Shown piece by piece: positions 38,836-48,830 of a DNA stretch of 64,000 nt (its first letter is position 1; the number at the start of each line of letters is the position of its first letter). The notes below the pieces were generated by a model that worked only from the letters and a program-made list of their open reading frames with translations, ran no database searches and was not told the origin of the DNA. Both the position numbers and the translations under genes were made by a program. The stretch comes from an uncultured Pseudomonadales bacterium (GTDB lineage Bacteria; Patescibacteriota; Microgenomatia; UBA1400; CAYXSR01), in contig CAYSEI010000002.1 in NCBI GenBank assembly GCA_964430265.1, positions 141,209-205,208 of the forward strand, read 5' to 3'.

Positions 38836-39828
38836 ATGACAGTAAAAAAAATTGAAATAACTTCACGAACGATTATAAGAACAATTGTTCTTTTAATACT
38901 TGCCTGGGTGCTTTACTTAATCAGGGATTTTATTTTACTTTTGTTTATTGGAATTATATCTGCTTCCGCTCTTGCTCCTGTAGTGAGAAAATTAGAAAAA
39001 TTTAAAGTACCGCGCTTTCTTTCTATTCTGGTTTTTTATCTGATATTTATTGGACTCCTTGCAGGAGCAATTGCATCTATTATTCCTATTGTTGTTGAAC
39101 AAGTTACAACATTTATTAATAATCTGCCAATGATGTTTGAGCAGATTGAATTTTTAAATATGGATTTCCGGATTGGTGATTATATTAGTGAAATAAGTAG
39201 AATCCCGGGAAACATCTTCAAAATTATAAACCTTGCAGTATCCAATATTTTAAGAATAGCTGCGTTGGTGGTAATAATTTTTTATCTTCTAGTTGAAAGA
39301 AAGGGAATGGAAAACCATTTAAAATATTTTTTTGATGATGGAGATGAAGATAAGGCAATAAGAATAGTACAAAAATTTGAAAACCGTTTAGGCGGCTGGG
39401 TAAGAGGACAAATTACTCTTATGTTTATTGTTGGTCTTTTAGTATGGATAGGCTTAAAACTTTTGGCTATTGAGTTTGCCCTTCCTTTGGCAATAATTGC
39501 CGGAATTTTAGAAATTGTACCAAATATTGGTCCAACTCTTTCTATGCTCCCGGCGTTATTAGTAGCTGCTTCATATTCCCCTCCAATGGTATTGGCTGTT
39601 TTTGCTTTGTATTTTTTGGTCCAACAATTAGAGAATAATATAATTGTTCCTTTTATTATGAAAAAGGTCATTGGCTTCCATCCTTTAGTAACACTTATTG
39701 CTTTAATGGTTGGTTTTAAGCTTGGAGGTATAGGAGGAACATTGCTTTCTCTTCCAATTCTTTTGACAGGGCAAATAATTGCTGAAGAATTTCATCCTCA
39801 TCTTTTTTCAGACGACGACGAAGAATAA
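38836..39828 (+). CDS. AI-2E family transporter (PerM/UPF0118)
   Basis: 330 aa, 8 TM profile typical of UPF0118, acidic C-terminal tail. Confidence 0.75.
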   Translation: MTVKKIEITSRTIIRTIVLLILAWVLYLIRDFILLLFIGIISASALAPVVRKLEKFKVPRFLSILVFYLIFIGLLAGAIASIIPIVVEQVTTFINNLPMMFEQIEFLNMDFRIGDYISEISRIPGNIFKIINLAVSNILRIAALVVIIFYLLVERKGMENHLKYFFDDGDEDKAIRIVQKFENRLGGWVRGQITLMFIVGLLVWIGLKLLAIEFALPLAIIAGILEIVPNIGPTLSMLPALLVAASYSPPMVLAVFALYFLVQQLENNIIVPFIMKKVIGFHPLVTLIALMVGFKLGGIGGTLLSLPILLTGQIIAEEFHPHLFSDDDEE

Positions 39829-39830
39829 AT

Positions 39831-40118
39831 ACTCGGGAAGCCCGTAAGCCAGATTCTGTTTTAAAGTGACATTTGTCTATGCCCTCAAACTCGTTCGATT
39901 CGCGGAGGCATGCTCAGACGAACGCACGGAGGTTGCAGCAGGGGGAATTACCTCTTTTCACCCTCTATCCTTGAAACCAAGGCGAGTTGTTGTCTCTGTG
40001 GCTTATACCGTTTCTACAACAAAGTTGTAAACCACTGCCTTACGGCAGTCACCCTGCCTCCAGCTGTCTGGACTTTCCTCTCTGAACTAAATCAGAGCGT
40101 CACTTCAGCTTCCCGAGT
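39831..40118 (-). ncRNA. rnpB: RNase P RNA, bacterial type A-like, reduced (~290 nt)
   Basis: The reverse complement reads 5' CUCGGGAAGC (P1), a P3 hairpin GCUCUGA/UCAGAG, GGAAAGUCCAGACAGC (P4 5' strand), AGGGUGAAAAGAGGUAA, ACAGAAUCUGGCUUAC (P4 3' strand, with CCAG/CUGG compensatory pairs), GGGCUUCCCGAG (P1 3'). The region is also locally GC-rich. Confidence 0.8.
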
Positions 40119-40221
40119 AATTAATTTTAACATATTTCATAGTAAAACACTAGGAAATAAACAGCTTTATTTTTTGTATAATTTTGTTATACAATTAGAT
40201 GTTAGAAAGGAGGTGGAATAA

Positions 40222-40920
40222 ATGAATGGATTATCACAAAATTGGCAGGAGAGCTTTTTTATGGCTCTAAACACAGTTATCACTAACGTTGTTTCATATT
40301 TTCCTACAATTTTAGCTGCAATTGTAGTTTTTATTGTGGGAATATTTTTGGCAGGCTGGGCAAAGAAACTAGTTGTTAAGTTGTTAAAAGCAGTCAAATT
40401 ACCGGGATTATTCAAAAAAAGCGGGTTAAAAGAATTGTTTGACAAATCAGATATTGTTTTGAAAATTGAGGAAGTGATTGGAGAAATTGTCAGATGGTTA
40501 ATTTTATTGCTTTTTTCAGTAACAGCAATAAACATCTTGGGATTGACAACTGTTTCACAGGTATTAAATAGAATTTTAGGCTATATACCTAGAGCAATTT
40601 CGGCTGTATTTATTCTAGCAATTGCTGTTTTAGCAGCAGGTTTAGTTGAAAATGTTATTAAAGGATCTTTAGCTCAGGTGAATATTAAAACTGCACGCTT
40701 GCTTTCAAAAGTGGGCAGTTATTTAGTAGTAATTTTTGGTGTTTTAGCAGCAATCAACGAGTTAGGAATTGCACAAACATTTGTTAATGCAATCTTTATT
40801 GGTTTGATAGCAGCTTTATCTTTAGGTTTTGGTTTGGCTTTAGGACTTGGAGGAAAAGATCTTGTTAAGAATTTGCTAGAGGAATGGCATAAAGACCTAA
40901 AAAAGAGTTCTAAAAAATAA
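40222..40920 (+). CDS. Membrane protein with repeated conserved-TM-helix motifs (MscS N-terminal-like), hypothetical
   Basis: 232 aa, 4-5 TM, GGAGG RBS. Confidence 0.45.
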   Translation: MNGLSQNWQESFFMALNTVITNVVSYFPTILAAIVVFIVGIFLAGWAKKLVVKLLKAVKLPGLFKKSGLKELFDKSDIVLKIEEVIGEIVRWLILLLFSVTAINILGLTTVSQVLNRILGYIPRAISAVFILAIAVLAAGLVENVIKGSLAQVNIKTARLLSKVGSYLVVIFGVLAAINELGIAQTFVNAIFIGLIAALSLGFGLALGLGGKDLVKNLLEEWHKDLKKSSKK

Positions 40921-41703
40921 ATGAGTTTGCAGATAGCAGTTTTATTAGGCCTTATTCAAGGTCTTACTGAATTTTTGCCTATTTCTTCATCTGGACACTT
41001 AGTTGTGAGCCAAAACTTGTTAGGATTTGATGAGCCACCAATTTTTTTTGATATATTAATACATTTAGGCACTTTAACAGCAGTTATTATCTTTTTTAGG
41101 GAAAAATTATTAAAATTAACACACTTTTTTTTAAAAACACTTAAGACTAAGAAGAGACTTACAAATTATTGTAATAAAGTTATGTTTGCTGTAATTCCTG
41201 TTTTTATATTGGGATTAATATTAAAACCTTTTTTTGGCTTTATTTTTTCTTCTAATACTATAGTAGGAATTTCTCTTTTAATTACCGGAATGATGTTAAT
41301 CTCTAATAGGCTGGTGAAAAATAACAAAGAAGAAATTAAAGATTTAAATATTAAAAAAGCAATATTTATCGGTATAGCTCAAGGACTGGCTATATTGCCT
41401 GGAATATCCCGTTCAGGAGCTACAACTACAGCCAGTGTATGGGCAGGTTTAAAAAAAGAAGAAGCTTTCGAATTTTCTTTTATACTTTTAATACCTACTA
41501 TTATTGGAGCTTTTATTTTTGAAGCAGTTAATATGCAAAATCTTAATTTTAATATAATTAATGGAGCTGTTGGATTTATTACTTCTTTTTTATCAGGATT
41601 TTTTGCTTTAAAAATATTTAAAAAAGTATTTTTGAAAAACAAAATATACTATTTTTCTTTTTACTGCTTTTTATTAGGTTTTTTTGTACTTTTTTTACTC
41701 TGA
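40921..41703 (+). CDS. uppP: Undecaprenyl-diphosphatase
   Basis: GLTEFLPISSSGHL and PGISRSG BacA motifs. Confidence 0.9.
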   Translation: MSLQIAVLLGLIQGLTEFLPISSSGHLVVSQNLLGFDEPPIFFDILIHLGTLTAVIIFFREKLLKLTHFFLKTLKTKKRLTNYCNKVMFAVIPVFILGLILKPFFGFIFSSNTIVGISLLITGMMLISNRLVKNNKEEIKDLNIKKAIFIGIAQGLAILPGISRSGATTTASVWAGLKKEEAFEFSFILLIPTIIGAFIFEAVNMQNLNFNIINGAVGFITSFLSGFFALKIFKKVFLKNKIYYFSFYCFLLGFFVLFLL

Positions 41704-42083
41704 TAATTTTGAATGGCTTTTTCCAATGCATCGGCTGCCAGGTTTGAGCAGTGCATTTTGGCAGGAGGAAGACCTTCTAAGGCATCTGCAATTGTCTGAT
41801 TAGTAATTTCTTGTGCTTCCTGCAAGCTTTTTCCCTTAACTAACTCTGTTGCCATAGAAGAGGTGGCGATTGCTGCTCCACAACCTAAGGTTTGGAATTT
41901 AATATCCTTTATAAACTCTTTATCATTTTTTTTGCCGATTTTAATATACATCTTCATAACATCTCCACAAACAGGGTTACCTATAGTGGCTACGCCATCG
42001 GGATTTTCCATTTCACCCAAATTTTTGGGACTACGAAAATGCTCTAAAACTTTTTCTGAATATAACTGTTTTATATTGTTCAT
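41661..42083 (-). CDS. iscU: Fe-S cluster assembly scaffold IscU/NifU-like, with a Lys-rich tail
   Basis: PVCGDVMK, GCGAAIA, HCSNLAADAL scaffold Cys/His motifs. Confidence 0.85.
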   Translation of the reverse strand: MNNIKQLYSEKVLEHFRSPKNLGEMENPDGVATIGNPVCGDVMKMYIKIGKKNDKEFIKDIKFQTLGCGAAIATSSMATELVKGKSLQEAQEITNQTIADALEGLPPAKMHCSNLAADALEKAIQNYQSKKSTKKPNKKQ

Positions 42084-43228
42084 AGAGGCGACATCTTTCT
42101 TAACTTTTTAACAATAGGGGGAAGGGTTTGAATTAAATAATCAACGTGTTTTTCAGTATTGTATTTGCCCAAAGAAATTCTTAAAGATCCGTGCGCAATT
42201 TCAGGTTTTATCCCCATAGCTGTCAATACATGCGAAGGTTTTAGAGAACCAGAGGTACATGCTGATCCTGAAGAAGCAGCAATCCCTTTGTCATCCAGCA
42301 TTAAAAGCATTGATTCTCCTTCAATCCCCGGAATAGTAAAGCTGACAATATGCGGAGCTCTTTTAGTTTTGTGTCCGGTTAATTCAATATTAGGGATATT
42401 TTCTGTTAATCCCTTAATTATTTTATCGGCTAAATTCTGTGTTTTACTTTTTGTATCTTCTTTATTTTTGTCCACTAATTCCATTGCTTTTGCCATTCCA
42501 ACAATACCGGCTACATTTTCTGTTCCTGCTCTTTTATTCTTTTCCTGTCTGCCTCCTGTTATTTGTGGAGCTATAGGTGTGCCGGAACGAATATACAAAA
42601 GTCCGCTACCTTTAGGTCCATAAAATTTATGAGCTGATAAAGACAAAAGATCAATTCCAAGTCGTTTAACATCACAATCCAGATATTGAACAGCTTGTAC
42701 AGCATCAGTATGAAAATATATCTTCTGATCAATTGATTTAACATAATTGACCAATTTTTCTATTGGCTGAATAGTTCCTACTTCATTATTGACATACATA
42801 ACTGAAACCAAAACAGTATTTGGTTGTATTGCCTTTTTTAATTTTTCAACACTAGTTCTGCAATTTTTATCCACTGGTAGCCAGGTTAACTCAACATTAT
42901 TTTTCTGCAGAAATTTTGCAGTATCCAAGACAGAATGATGTTCAACACTGGAAACAACAATATGCTTTCCTTGCAATTTTTCTATTAAACCTCTTTGTGC
43001 CAAGTTGTTTGCTTCTGTTGCTCCGCTGGTAAAAATAATTTCTTCAGGACTGCTGTTTAAAAAATTACTTATCTTTTTTCTTGAATCCTCAACTGCCAAA
43101 GCAGCTTCTTGTCCACATTGATGTATAGAGGAAGGGTTACCGAACTTATCAGTGAAATAAGGTTTCATGGCCTTAAAAACTTGCGGATCAACAGGAGTAG
43201 TTGCAGAATGATCTAAATATACTTGCAT
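42080..43228 (-). CDS. iscS: Cysteine desulfurase (class V aminotransferase fold)
   Basis: SAHKFYGPKG PLP-lysine motif, SSGSACTS active-site Cys loop. Confidence 0.9.
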   Translation of the reverse strand: MQVYLDHSATTPVDPQVFKAMKPYFTDKFGNPSSIHQCGQEAALAVEDSRKKISNFLNSSPEEIIFTSGATEANNLAQRGLIEKLQGKHIVVSSVEHHSVLDTAKFLQKNNVELTWLPVDKNCRTSVEKLKKAIQPNTVLVSVMYVNNEVGTIQPIEKLVNYVKSIDQKIYFHTDAVQAVQYLDCDVKRLGIDLLSLSAHKFYGPKGSGLLYIRSGTPIAPQITGGRQEKNKRAGTENVAGIVGMAKAMELVDKNKEDTKSKTQNLADKIIKGLTENIPNIELTGHKTKRAPHIVSFTIPGIEGESMLLMLDDKGIAASSGSACTSGSLKPSHVLTAMGIKPEIAHGSLRISLGKYNTEKHVDYLIQTLPPIVKKLRKMSPL

Positions 43229-43232
43229 AAAC

Positions 43233-43622
43233 TTAAATTAAATCTTTTAAAGTTAAATTATTTAAAGTCTTGGAAATAGCATCATTAACCTTATTCCATA
43301 CCAATTTGGCTTTACATCCATATTCCTTGTCACATTTACCGTTAGTGCAAGCAACCTCAACAAGAGGCTCTTCCAATGCAGCTACAATCTTTTTTACCGG
43401 AATTTTTTTCGGAGTATTGGCTAAGCGGTATCCACCGGACGCACCGCGAACGCTTTTGACAAGTTTACTCTTTTTTAAGTCTGCAAAAATTTGCTGCAGA
43501 TAAGAAAAAGAAATTCCTTCTTCTTTAGCAATCTGGGACAAGGATTTAGGCTTGTCATCTTCAGTCCTTGCCAGATTTATAACTGCTCGTAATCCGTATT
43601 GGGTTTTTGTAGTTATATTCAT
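43233..43622 (-). CDS. Rrf2-family transcriptional regulator (IscR-like, with Cys ligands)
   Basis: MNITTKTQYGLRAVINLA Rrf2 HTH; C..C..C cluster (CTNGKCDKEYGC). Start chosen at the internal Met (plus-strand CAT at 43620-43622). Confidence 0.8.
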   Translation of the reverse strand: MNITTKTQYGLRAVINLARTEDDKPKSLSQIAKEEGISFSYLQQIFADLKKSKLVKSVRGASGGYRLANTPKKIPVKKIVAALEEPLVEVACTNGKCDKEYGCKAKLVWNKVNDAISKTLNNLTLKDLI

Positions 43623-43709
43623 TTTAATTAATAGTAAATTAGTATGAATTAATTTTAGCACTGAATAAGGTTTTTGTCAAAACAAGCTTAAATTTAGTAA
43701 AATACACAT

Positions 43710-44225
43710 ATGTTATTAAACGATCCAAGCTTTTTATTAGCAATAACTGGCATGTTGTTTTTGCTGATTGCCTTTTTTCAAAAATTTCTGCCATATATTC
43801 CTACTGATAAAAAAACAGTAAAAGACATTCAAAAACTAGCAAACAAAAATAAAAACAAACAAAAAGCAGTAGATCTGGGTTCTGGTGACGGTAGGATAGT
43901 TATTGCATTGGCTAAAGCAGGTTATGAAGCACACGGATATGAAATTAATCCGCTTTTAATTCTTCGTTCAAGAAGAAAAATCAAAAAACTAGGCTTGGAG
44001 AATAAAGCATATATACATTGGGGTAATTTCTGGGAAAAAGACTTAGCGTCATTTGATCTTGTTGTGGTTTACGGTATTACTTATGTTATGCAAGATTTAA
44101 AAAACAAATTTTTAAAAGAGCTTAAAAAAAATGCAATCTTTATATGCAATACCTATACTTTTAAAGATTGGAACTATGTTAAGCAAAGTGGAAAAGCGTA
44201 TCTATACAAAATTAGTGATATATAA
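43710..44225 (+). CDS. Class I SAM-dependent methyltransferase-like protein
   Basis: VDLGSGDGRIV motif I, N-terminal TM. Confidence 0.55.
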   Translation: MLLNDPSFLLAITGMLFLLIAFFQKFLPYIPTDKKTVKDIQKLANKNKNKQKAVDLGSGDGRIVIALAKAGYEAHGYEINPLLILRSRRKIKKLGLENKAYIHWGNFWEKDLASFDLVVVYGITYVMQDLKNKFLKELKKNAIFICNTYTFKDWNYVKQSGKAYLYKISDI

Positions 44226-44403
44226 ATATATGTATTAATATAATAAAAACATATATTAATATATTATTTATTACATTGATTAGTATTTTGAGATATTTAA
44301 TATTATATTTGAATTTTTTTATTTTTTTCTGCTTTAAAAAAAATAAAAATAATTAAGTAAAGAATGGCTTTAAAACGCAATTTTTAAAAAGTATAATAAG
44401 ATA

Positions 44404-45006
44404 ATGAAATTTATAATTTTTTCCGATATTCACAAAGATTGGGAAGCCTTAAAAAAAGTCTTAAATAAAAAAGCCGATATTTATATATGTTTGGGTGATT
44501 TTACTCAAGTAGGATCGGGTTTAAATAGTGCCGGTAAAATCTTTTCCCAAAAAAAGAAAAATCTTTGGCTTATCCACGGGAATAGTGAAACACCTCAACA
44601 AATCAAACAGATGGAAAATAAATTCGCAATAAAAAATTTTCATAATCAGCTGTTTAAAAAAGGAAAATATAATTTTGCAGGAATGGGCGGATCCAATTTA
44701 ACACCTTTTAATACACCCGGGGATGTTGAGGAAGAACAACTGAAAAAGTGGCTGGAAAATTTTAAAAAGGTTAAGAACCTTCTCTTGTTTACCCATGTAC
44801 CTTCTAAAAATACAAGCTTGGACAAGATTTCAGAAAATATGCATATAGGAAGCAGTGCTGTTAGAGATTTTATTGAAAGGAATCAGCCTTTGTATCATTT
44901 TTCCGGACATGTACACGAAAATGCAGGTAAAAAGGATAGAATCGGCAAAACAAAATGTATCTTGGTAGGAAAAGAAGGGTTTGAACTTGAGTTGTCTGAT
45001 AAATGA
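44404..45006 (+). CDS. Metallophosphoesterase (calcineurin-like)
   Basis: FSDIH, GDF, GNSE, GHVH motifs. Confidence 0.7.
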   Translation: MKFIIFSDIHKDWEALKKVLNKKADIYICLGDFTQVGSGLNSAGKIFSQKKKNLWLIHGNSETPQQIKQMENKFAIKNFHNQLFKKGKYNFAGMGGSNLTPFNTPGDVEEEQLKKWLENFKKVKNLLLFTHVPSKNTSLDKISENMHIGSSAVRDFIERNQPLYHFSGHVHENAGKKDRIGKTKCILVGKEGFELELSDK

Positions 45007-46532
45007 AAAAGACAAGCAGAACATTTTTCTCCTTAATTATTTTAATATTAATAGCTGTTCTGTTTAGTGGTTGTCAAAATGAACAAGAAGACCTAAAATT
45101 AAAACTAAATTCATTGGAAAAAGAAATGGTAAGAAAATCTGCTGTATCAGGAACATTTTATTCTACAAACAAAACCGAGCTAAGTAATCAACTGGATGAT
45201 TTTCTAGCCGGAGCGGAAAAAAATGTTGATCATCCGCAATTAATTATTGTTCCCCATGCAGGATATCTTTATTCAGGTTCAACAGCTGCTGCTGGATTTA
45301 AGCAACTTCAAGACGAGGAAATTTCACGAATAGTTTTAATAGGATTAAGCCACAAACAATTTTTTGATGGATATGCAATTGATGGAAATGATTTTTGGGA
45401 AACTCCCCTTGGCAAAGTTCAGATTGATAAAGAATTTGCCAATAAACTAGTGAACAAAAAATTAGGATTTAAGTTTTCCTCTAAAGCACATGCTGAAGAA
45501 CACTCTTTAGAGGTTCAGTTGCCATTTTTACAAAAAGTCATTGAGGAATTTAAACTTGTTCCAATTCTTTTCGGAGAAACAAAGGAAAAAGACTATTCAG
45601 AAATAGCAGACTTAATAAATAAACTAGCGTATGAAAGAACAGTGATTGTTATTAGCAGTGATTTATCACATTATCCGGACTATAAGACTGCTAAAAAAGT
45701 AGATAAAAAAACTATTGATGCCATCTTAACTGGCAAGCAGGAAATATTTAAAGATACAATAAAAAGACTGGAAAGAGAAAATAAAAATGTTGATACCTGC
45801 GCTTGTAGTAAAGAACCCATAAAATTAGGAATGCAGATTGTTAAAGAAACTGAAGGTGTTTGGAATTTAATAAAATATACAAATTCTGGTGATGTAACAA
45901 ATGAGAAAAACAAGGTTGTGGGATATGCTGCAATTACTTTTTCTCCTAAAGAATTCGGGATTAAAACTAAAAAAAAAGCGGAAGAAATATTGGATTCTAA
46001 AAGTAAAAAAACCTTGTTACAAATTGCCAGACAAACAATTGAAAAATACCTCAAAGATAAAAAGATTCCTGAATATAAGATTAATAATCCGCAATTGGAA
46101 ATTAAAAGAGGAGTATTTGTTACTCTGAAAAGAGGAGAGCAGCTAAGAGGTTGTATTGGAGAATTTAATCCGGAAAAAGAACTTTGGAGACTTGTTCAGA
46201 AAAAGGCAATTGATGCGGCTTTACATGATCCACGATTTGATCCTGTAAGACTTGAAGAACTCAATGATCTGAATTTGGAAATATCAGTTCTTTCACTTCC
46301 TAAAAAAGTTCAAAATTGGCAAGAAGTTGAGGTCGGGAAGCACGGGGTCTTAATTAAAAAAGGATTGCGCGGAGGAACATTCTTACCTCAAGTTGCTGTT
46401 GATGAAGGTTGGGATAAGGAAACATTTTTATCTAATCTTTGTGCTCACAAAGCCGGACTGCCTCCTGAATGCTATAAAGATCCGGAAGTTGAAATTTTTA
46501 CTTACACTGCGGAGGTGTTTAAAGAGGAATGA
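45003..46532 (+). CDS. Fusion of Memo-like (AmmeMemoRadiSam system protein B) and AMMECR1 (protein A) domains behind a lipoprotein-type signal peptide
   Basis: N-terminal hydrophobic segment ending LFSGC. Memo motifs (IVPHAGYLYSG, LSH, HSLE). C-terminal AMMECR1 motifs (RGVFVTL, LRGCIGEF). Confidence 0.75.
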   Translation: MKKTSRTFFSLIILILIAVLFSGCQNEQEDLKLKLNSLEKEMVRKSAVSGTFYSTNKTELSNQLDDFLAGAEKNVDHPQLIIVPHAGYLYSGSTAAAGFKQLQDEEISRIVLIGLSHKQFFDGYAIDGNDFWETPLGKVQIDKEFANKLVNKKLGFKFSSKAHAEEHSLEVQLPFLQKVIEEFKLVPILFGETKEKDYSEIADLINKLAYERTVIVISSDLSHYPDYKTAKKVDKKTIDAILTGKQEIFKDTIKRLERENKNVDTCACSKEPIKLGMQIVKETEGVWNLIKYTNSGDVTNEKNKVVGYAAITFSPKEFGIKTKKKAEEILDSKSKKTLLQIARQTIEKYLKDKKIPEYKINNPQLEIKRGVFVTLKRGEQLRGCIGEFNPEKELWRLVQKKAIDAALHDPRFDPVRLEELNDLNLEISVLSLPKKVQNWQEVEVGKHGVLIKKGLRGGTFLPQVAVDEGWDKETFLSNLCAHKAGLPPECYKDPEVEIFTYTAEVFKEE

Positions 46533-47137
46533 AACAATTACTAGTGGCAACAACCAATCCGGGAAAACAAAAAGAGATTCGATTTTTTCTACAGAACCTT
46601 AATATTGAGCAGGTATTTTTACAAGAAAACAATTTTTTAAAAGATTTAATAGATAAAGAGCCGGAGGAATCAGGAAAAGATTTAAAAGAAAATGCAATAA
46701 TTAAAGCTATGTTTTATGCAGAAAAAACAAACAAGTTAACACTTGCAGACGACACAGGTTTAATAGTGGATGTTTTTCCAGACAAGCTGGGTGTTAGGAC
46801 GCATAGGTATGCCAAGGAAACAGAATTAAAAGGATATGAGCGACTCTTAAAAGAGATGAAAGATATTGGACCCCAAAAAAGAACAGCTAGTTTTATTACT
46901 GTTGTAGCTTTATATGATCCTATAGAGAAAAAGACCTATTCTGCTAAAGGGGAAAGTAAAGGAATAATTGCTACAAAACCAGCTGGCAAAAAAGGTTTTG
47001 GATATGACCCGGTTTTTATACCCCTGGGCAAGGAAAAAAGTTTTGCTCAATTGTCAAAGCCAGAGAAACTTAAATTAAGTTCAAGGGGAAAAGCCTTGCA
47101 GAAAATTAAAAAAAATTTAGAAAAATATGAAAGTTAA
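46529..47137 (+). CDS. rdgB: Non-canonical purine NTP pyrophosphatase (RdgB/Ham1)
   Basis: LLVATTNPGKQKE, DDTGL, FGYDPVF motifs. Confidence 0.85.
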   Translation: MKQLLVATTNPGKQKEIRFFLQNLNIEQVFLQENNFLKDLIDKEPEESGKDLKENAIIKAMFYAEKTNKLTLADDTGLIVDVFPDKLGVRTHRYAKETELKGYERLLKEMKDIGPQKRTASFITVVALYDPIEKKTYSAKGESKGIIATKPAGKKGFGYDPVFIPLGKEKSFAQLSKPEKLKLSSRGKALQKIKKNLEKYES

Positions 47138-48125
47138 ACATGCAATTTTTCTTTTTTTTACCGGTATATTAATTGGAATCGGGATCCAATCTTTTTCAAA
47201 AATATCCTTTAAAAAAGCTTTAATTTCTCCAATTACAGAATCTTATGCAAGCAAAAACAAAATAACTTCACCATTGGTAGAGTCAAGTAAAGATGGTAAA
47301 GTTTTGGGAGAGAAGGATTTATCTAAAGAAAAAATAAAGTTTATAAAATCTTCTTTTAAGCCTCAATCAAAATTAAAAAGAAAACACTTTTCCGTAAATG
47401 AAAAAGAAATATCAGAAAAAAATAAGAAGAAAGAAAAAGAAGATATAAAAATATCAGATTACAAAGGTAAAATAAAGATTGCTGTTTTTGGCGATTCCAT
47501 GACCGATTTGATGGGAACAGATTTACCTTATTTAAGAAAAGAACTGGAAAAATATTATTCAGAGGCAGAATTAGAGCTTTTCAACTATGGAATTGGAGCG
47601 GAAAATATTGAAAAAGGTTTAGAAAGATTAGATAAGGCATATAACTATCAAGAAAGAAAATATCAATCAATTTTAGAACAAAATCCCGATATTATTATTC
47701 TTGATCCTTTTGTATATAATCCTTTTTCCAATAGCGAGGCAGAAATGAACAGACATTGGACAGCAATGGTAAAAATTGTAGATAAAATAAAAAGCAGTAC
47801 TGAATCGCAGATCATGTTTTTGGCCACAATTGCGCCTAATAAAAAAGAATTTGGTAAAGGCCCTGCCGGGATAAATTGGCCAGAAGATACTGCCTGGCAG
47901 CATTCTGAAAGGATACATAAGTATATAAAAAATACTATTAAATTTAGTGAGGCAGCAAATCTTCCCTTAATCAATGTTTACGAGAAAACATTAAATAACA
48001 ACAAAGAAGGAAAACTTAAGTATATAAATCCGGGAGACCACATACATCAGAATGTAGCAGGAAATGAATTAATAGCAAAAATAATGGCAGATAAGATCAT
48101 AAAACTGGGATTATATAAAAGGTAA
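47127..48125 (+). CDS. SGNH/GDSL-family hydrolase with an N-terminal membrane anchor
   Basis: IAVFGDSMTD block I, GIGA block, DHIH block V-like. Confidence 0.7.
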   Translation: MKVKHAIFLFFTGILIGIGIQSFSKISFKKALISPITESYASKNKITSPLVESSKDGKVLGEKDLSKEKIKFIKSSFKPQSKLKRKHFSVNEKEISEKNKKKEKEDIKISDYKGKIKIAVFGDSMTDLMGTDLPYLRKELEKYYSEAELELFNYGIGAENIEKGLERLDKAYNYQERKYQSILEQNPDIIILDPFVYNPFSNSEAEMNRHWTAMVKIVDKIKSSTESQIMFLATIAPNKKEFGKGPAGINWPEDTAWQHSERIHKYIKNTIKFSEAANLPLINVYEKTLNNNKEGKLKYINPGDHIHQNVAGNELIAKIMADKIIKLGLYKR

Positions 48126-48341
48126 TTTTTTTGGTAAATTTTGCAGATTACCTTGGGTAAAGAACCATAAAGCAAAAATTATAATAAAAAAGATCAGACT
48201 TATAATTCCTGTTTTGAACAAATCCTTTTTTATTAAGTGTGCGGGAGCAAAAAGAATAGATTCATCTTTATTTTTTTTCTTCATTTGTGATAATCTTATC
48301 ATATTGACAAAGTTTGCAAAAGGCCATTAAAATAGGAGAAG

Positions 48342-48830
48342 ATGAACTGGGAAATTATATTTGACAAATATTTTATATTAGGAATTGAAGGTATTTTACT
48401 TGTTTGGTTGGCTGTTTTAACCTTTCTAATAGTAAAAACAAACAAGCATTATACGCGTCTGACAGAGGGAATTACAAAAAAGAATTTAAAAACAGTTCTT
48501 GACAGTATTCTCAATGAAATCAGAAGCATTAATCAAAAAAGTAATAAAATAAACAAGCGCTGTAAAAGCTTGGAATTAGAAAAACAAAAACATTTACAAA
48601 AAGTTGGCTTTGTACGTTTTAATCCTTTTTCTGATACGGGTGGAGATCAAAGCTTTTGCTTGGTATTATTGGATGAGAATGAAAATGGAATAATACTTAG
48701 CTCTTTGCATACCAGAGGAACAACAAGAATCTATGCAAAAGAAGTGGAGCAAGGAAAAGGAAAATCACTTCCTTTGTCCAATGAGGAAAAGGAAGCAATA
48801 AAGAAAGCCAAAAGAGGAGGAAAAAAATGA
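48342..48830 (+). CDS. DUF4446-like protein (N-terminal TM)
   Basis: VGFVRFNPFSDTGGDQSF..YAKE resembles DUF4446; family recall only. Confidence 0.45.
   Translation: MNWEIIFDKYFILGIEGILLVWLAVLTFLIVKTNKHYTRLTEGITKKNLKTVLDSILNEIRSINQKSNKINKRCKSLELEKQKHLQKVGFVRFNPFSDTGGDQSFCLVLLDENENGIILSSLHTRGTTRIYAKEVEQGKGKSLPLSNEEKEAIKKAKRGGKK

Noticed and set aside
39910-40221. 103-codon + strand ORF proposed by the ORF track
   Set aside because: It is entirely overlapped by the minus-strand RNase P RNA, which has clear conserved P4, P3 and P1 elements. The translation is Cys/Leu-rich nonsense with no RBS.
44226-44403. AT-rich quasi-palindromic stretch (…AAATATATGTATTAATATAATAAAAACATATATTAATATATTA…) that looked like a possible element terminus
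   Set aside because: It has only imperfect short inverted symmetry in very low-complexity AT sequence. There is no flanking direct repeat and no mobile-element gene. It is more likely a promoter or spacer between the methyltransferase and phosphoesterase genes.
48111-48302. 63-codon minus-strand ORF between the SGNH hydrolase and the DUF4446-like gene
   Set aside because: It is short and overlaps the SGNH stop region. It has no RBS, and its hydrophobic low-complexity translation is typical of AT-rich noise. It cannot be supported from sequence alone.
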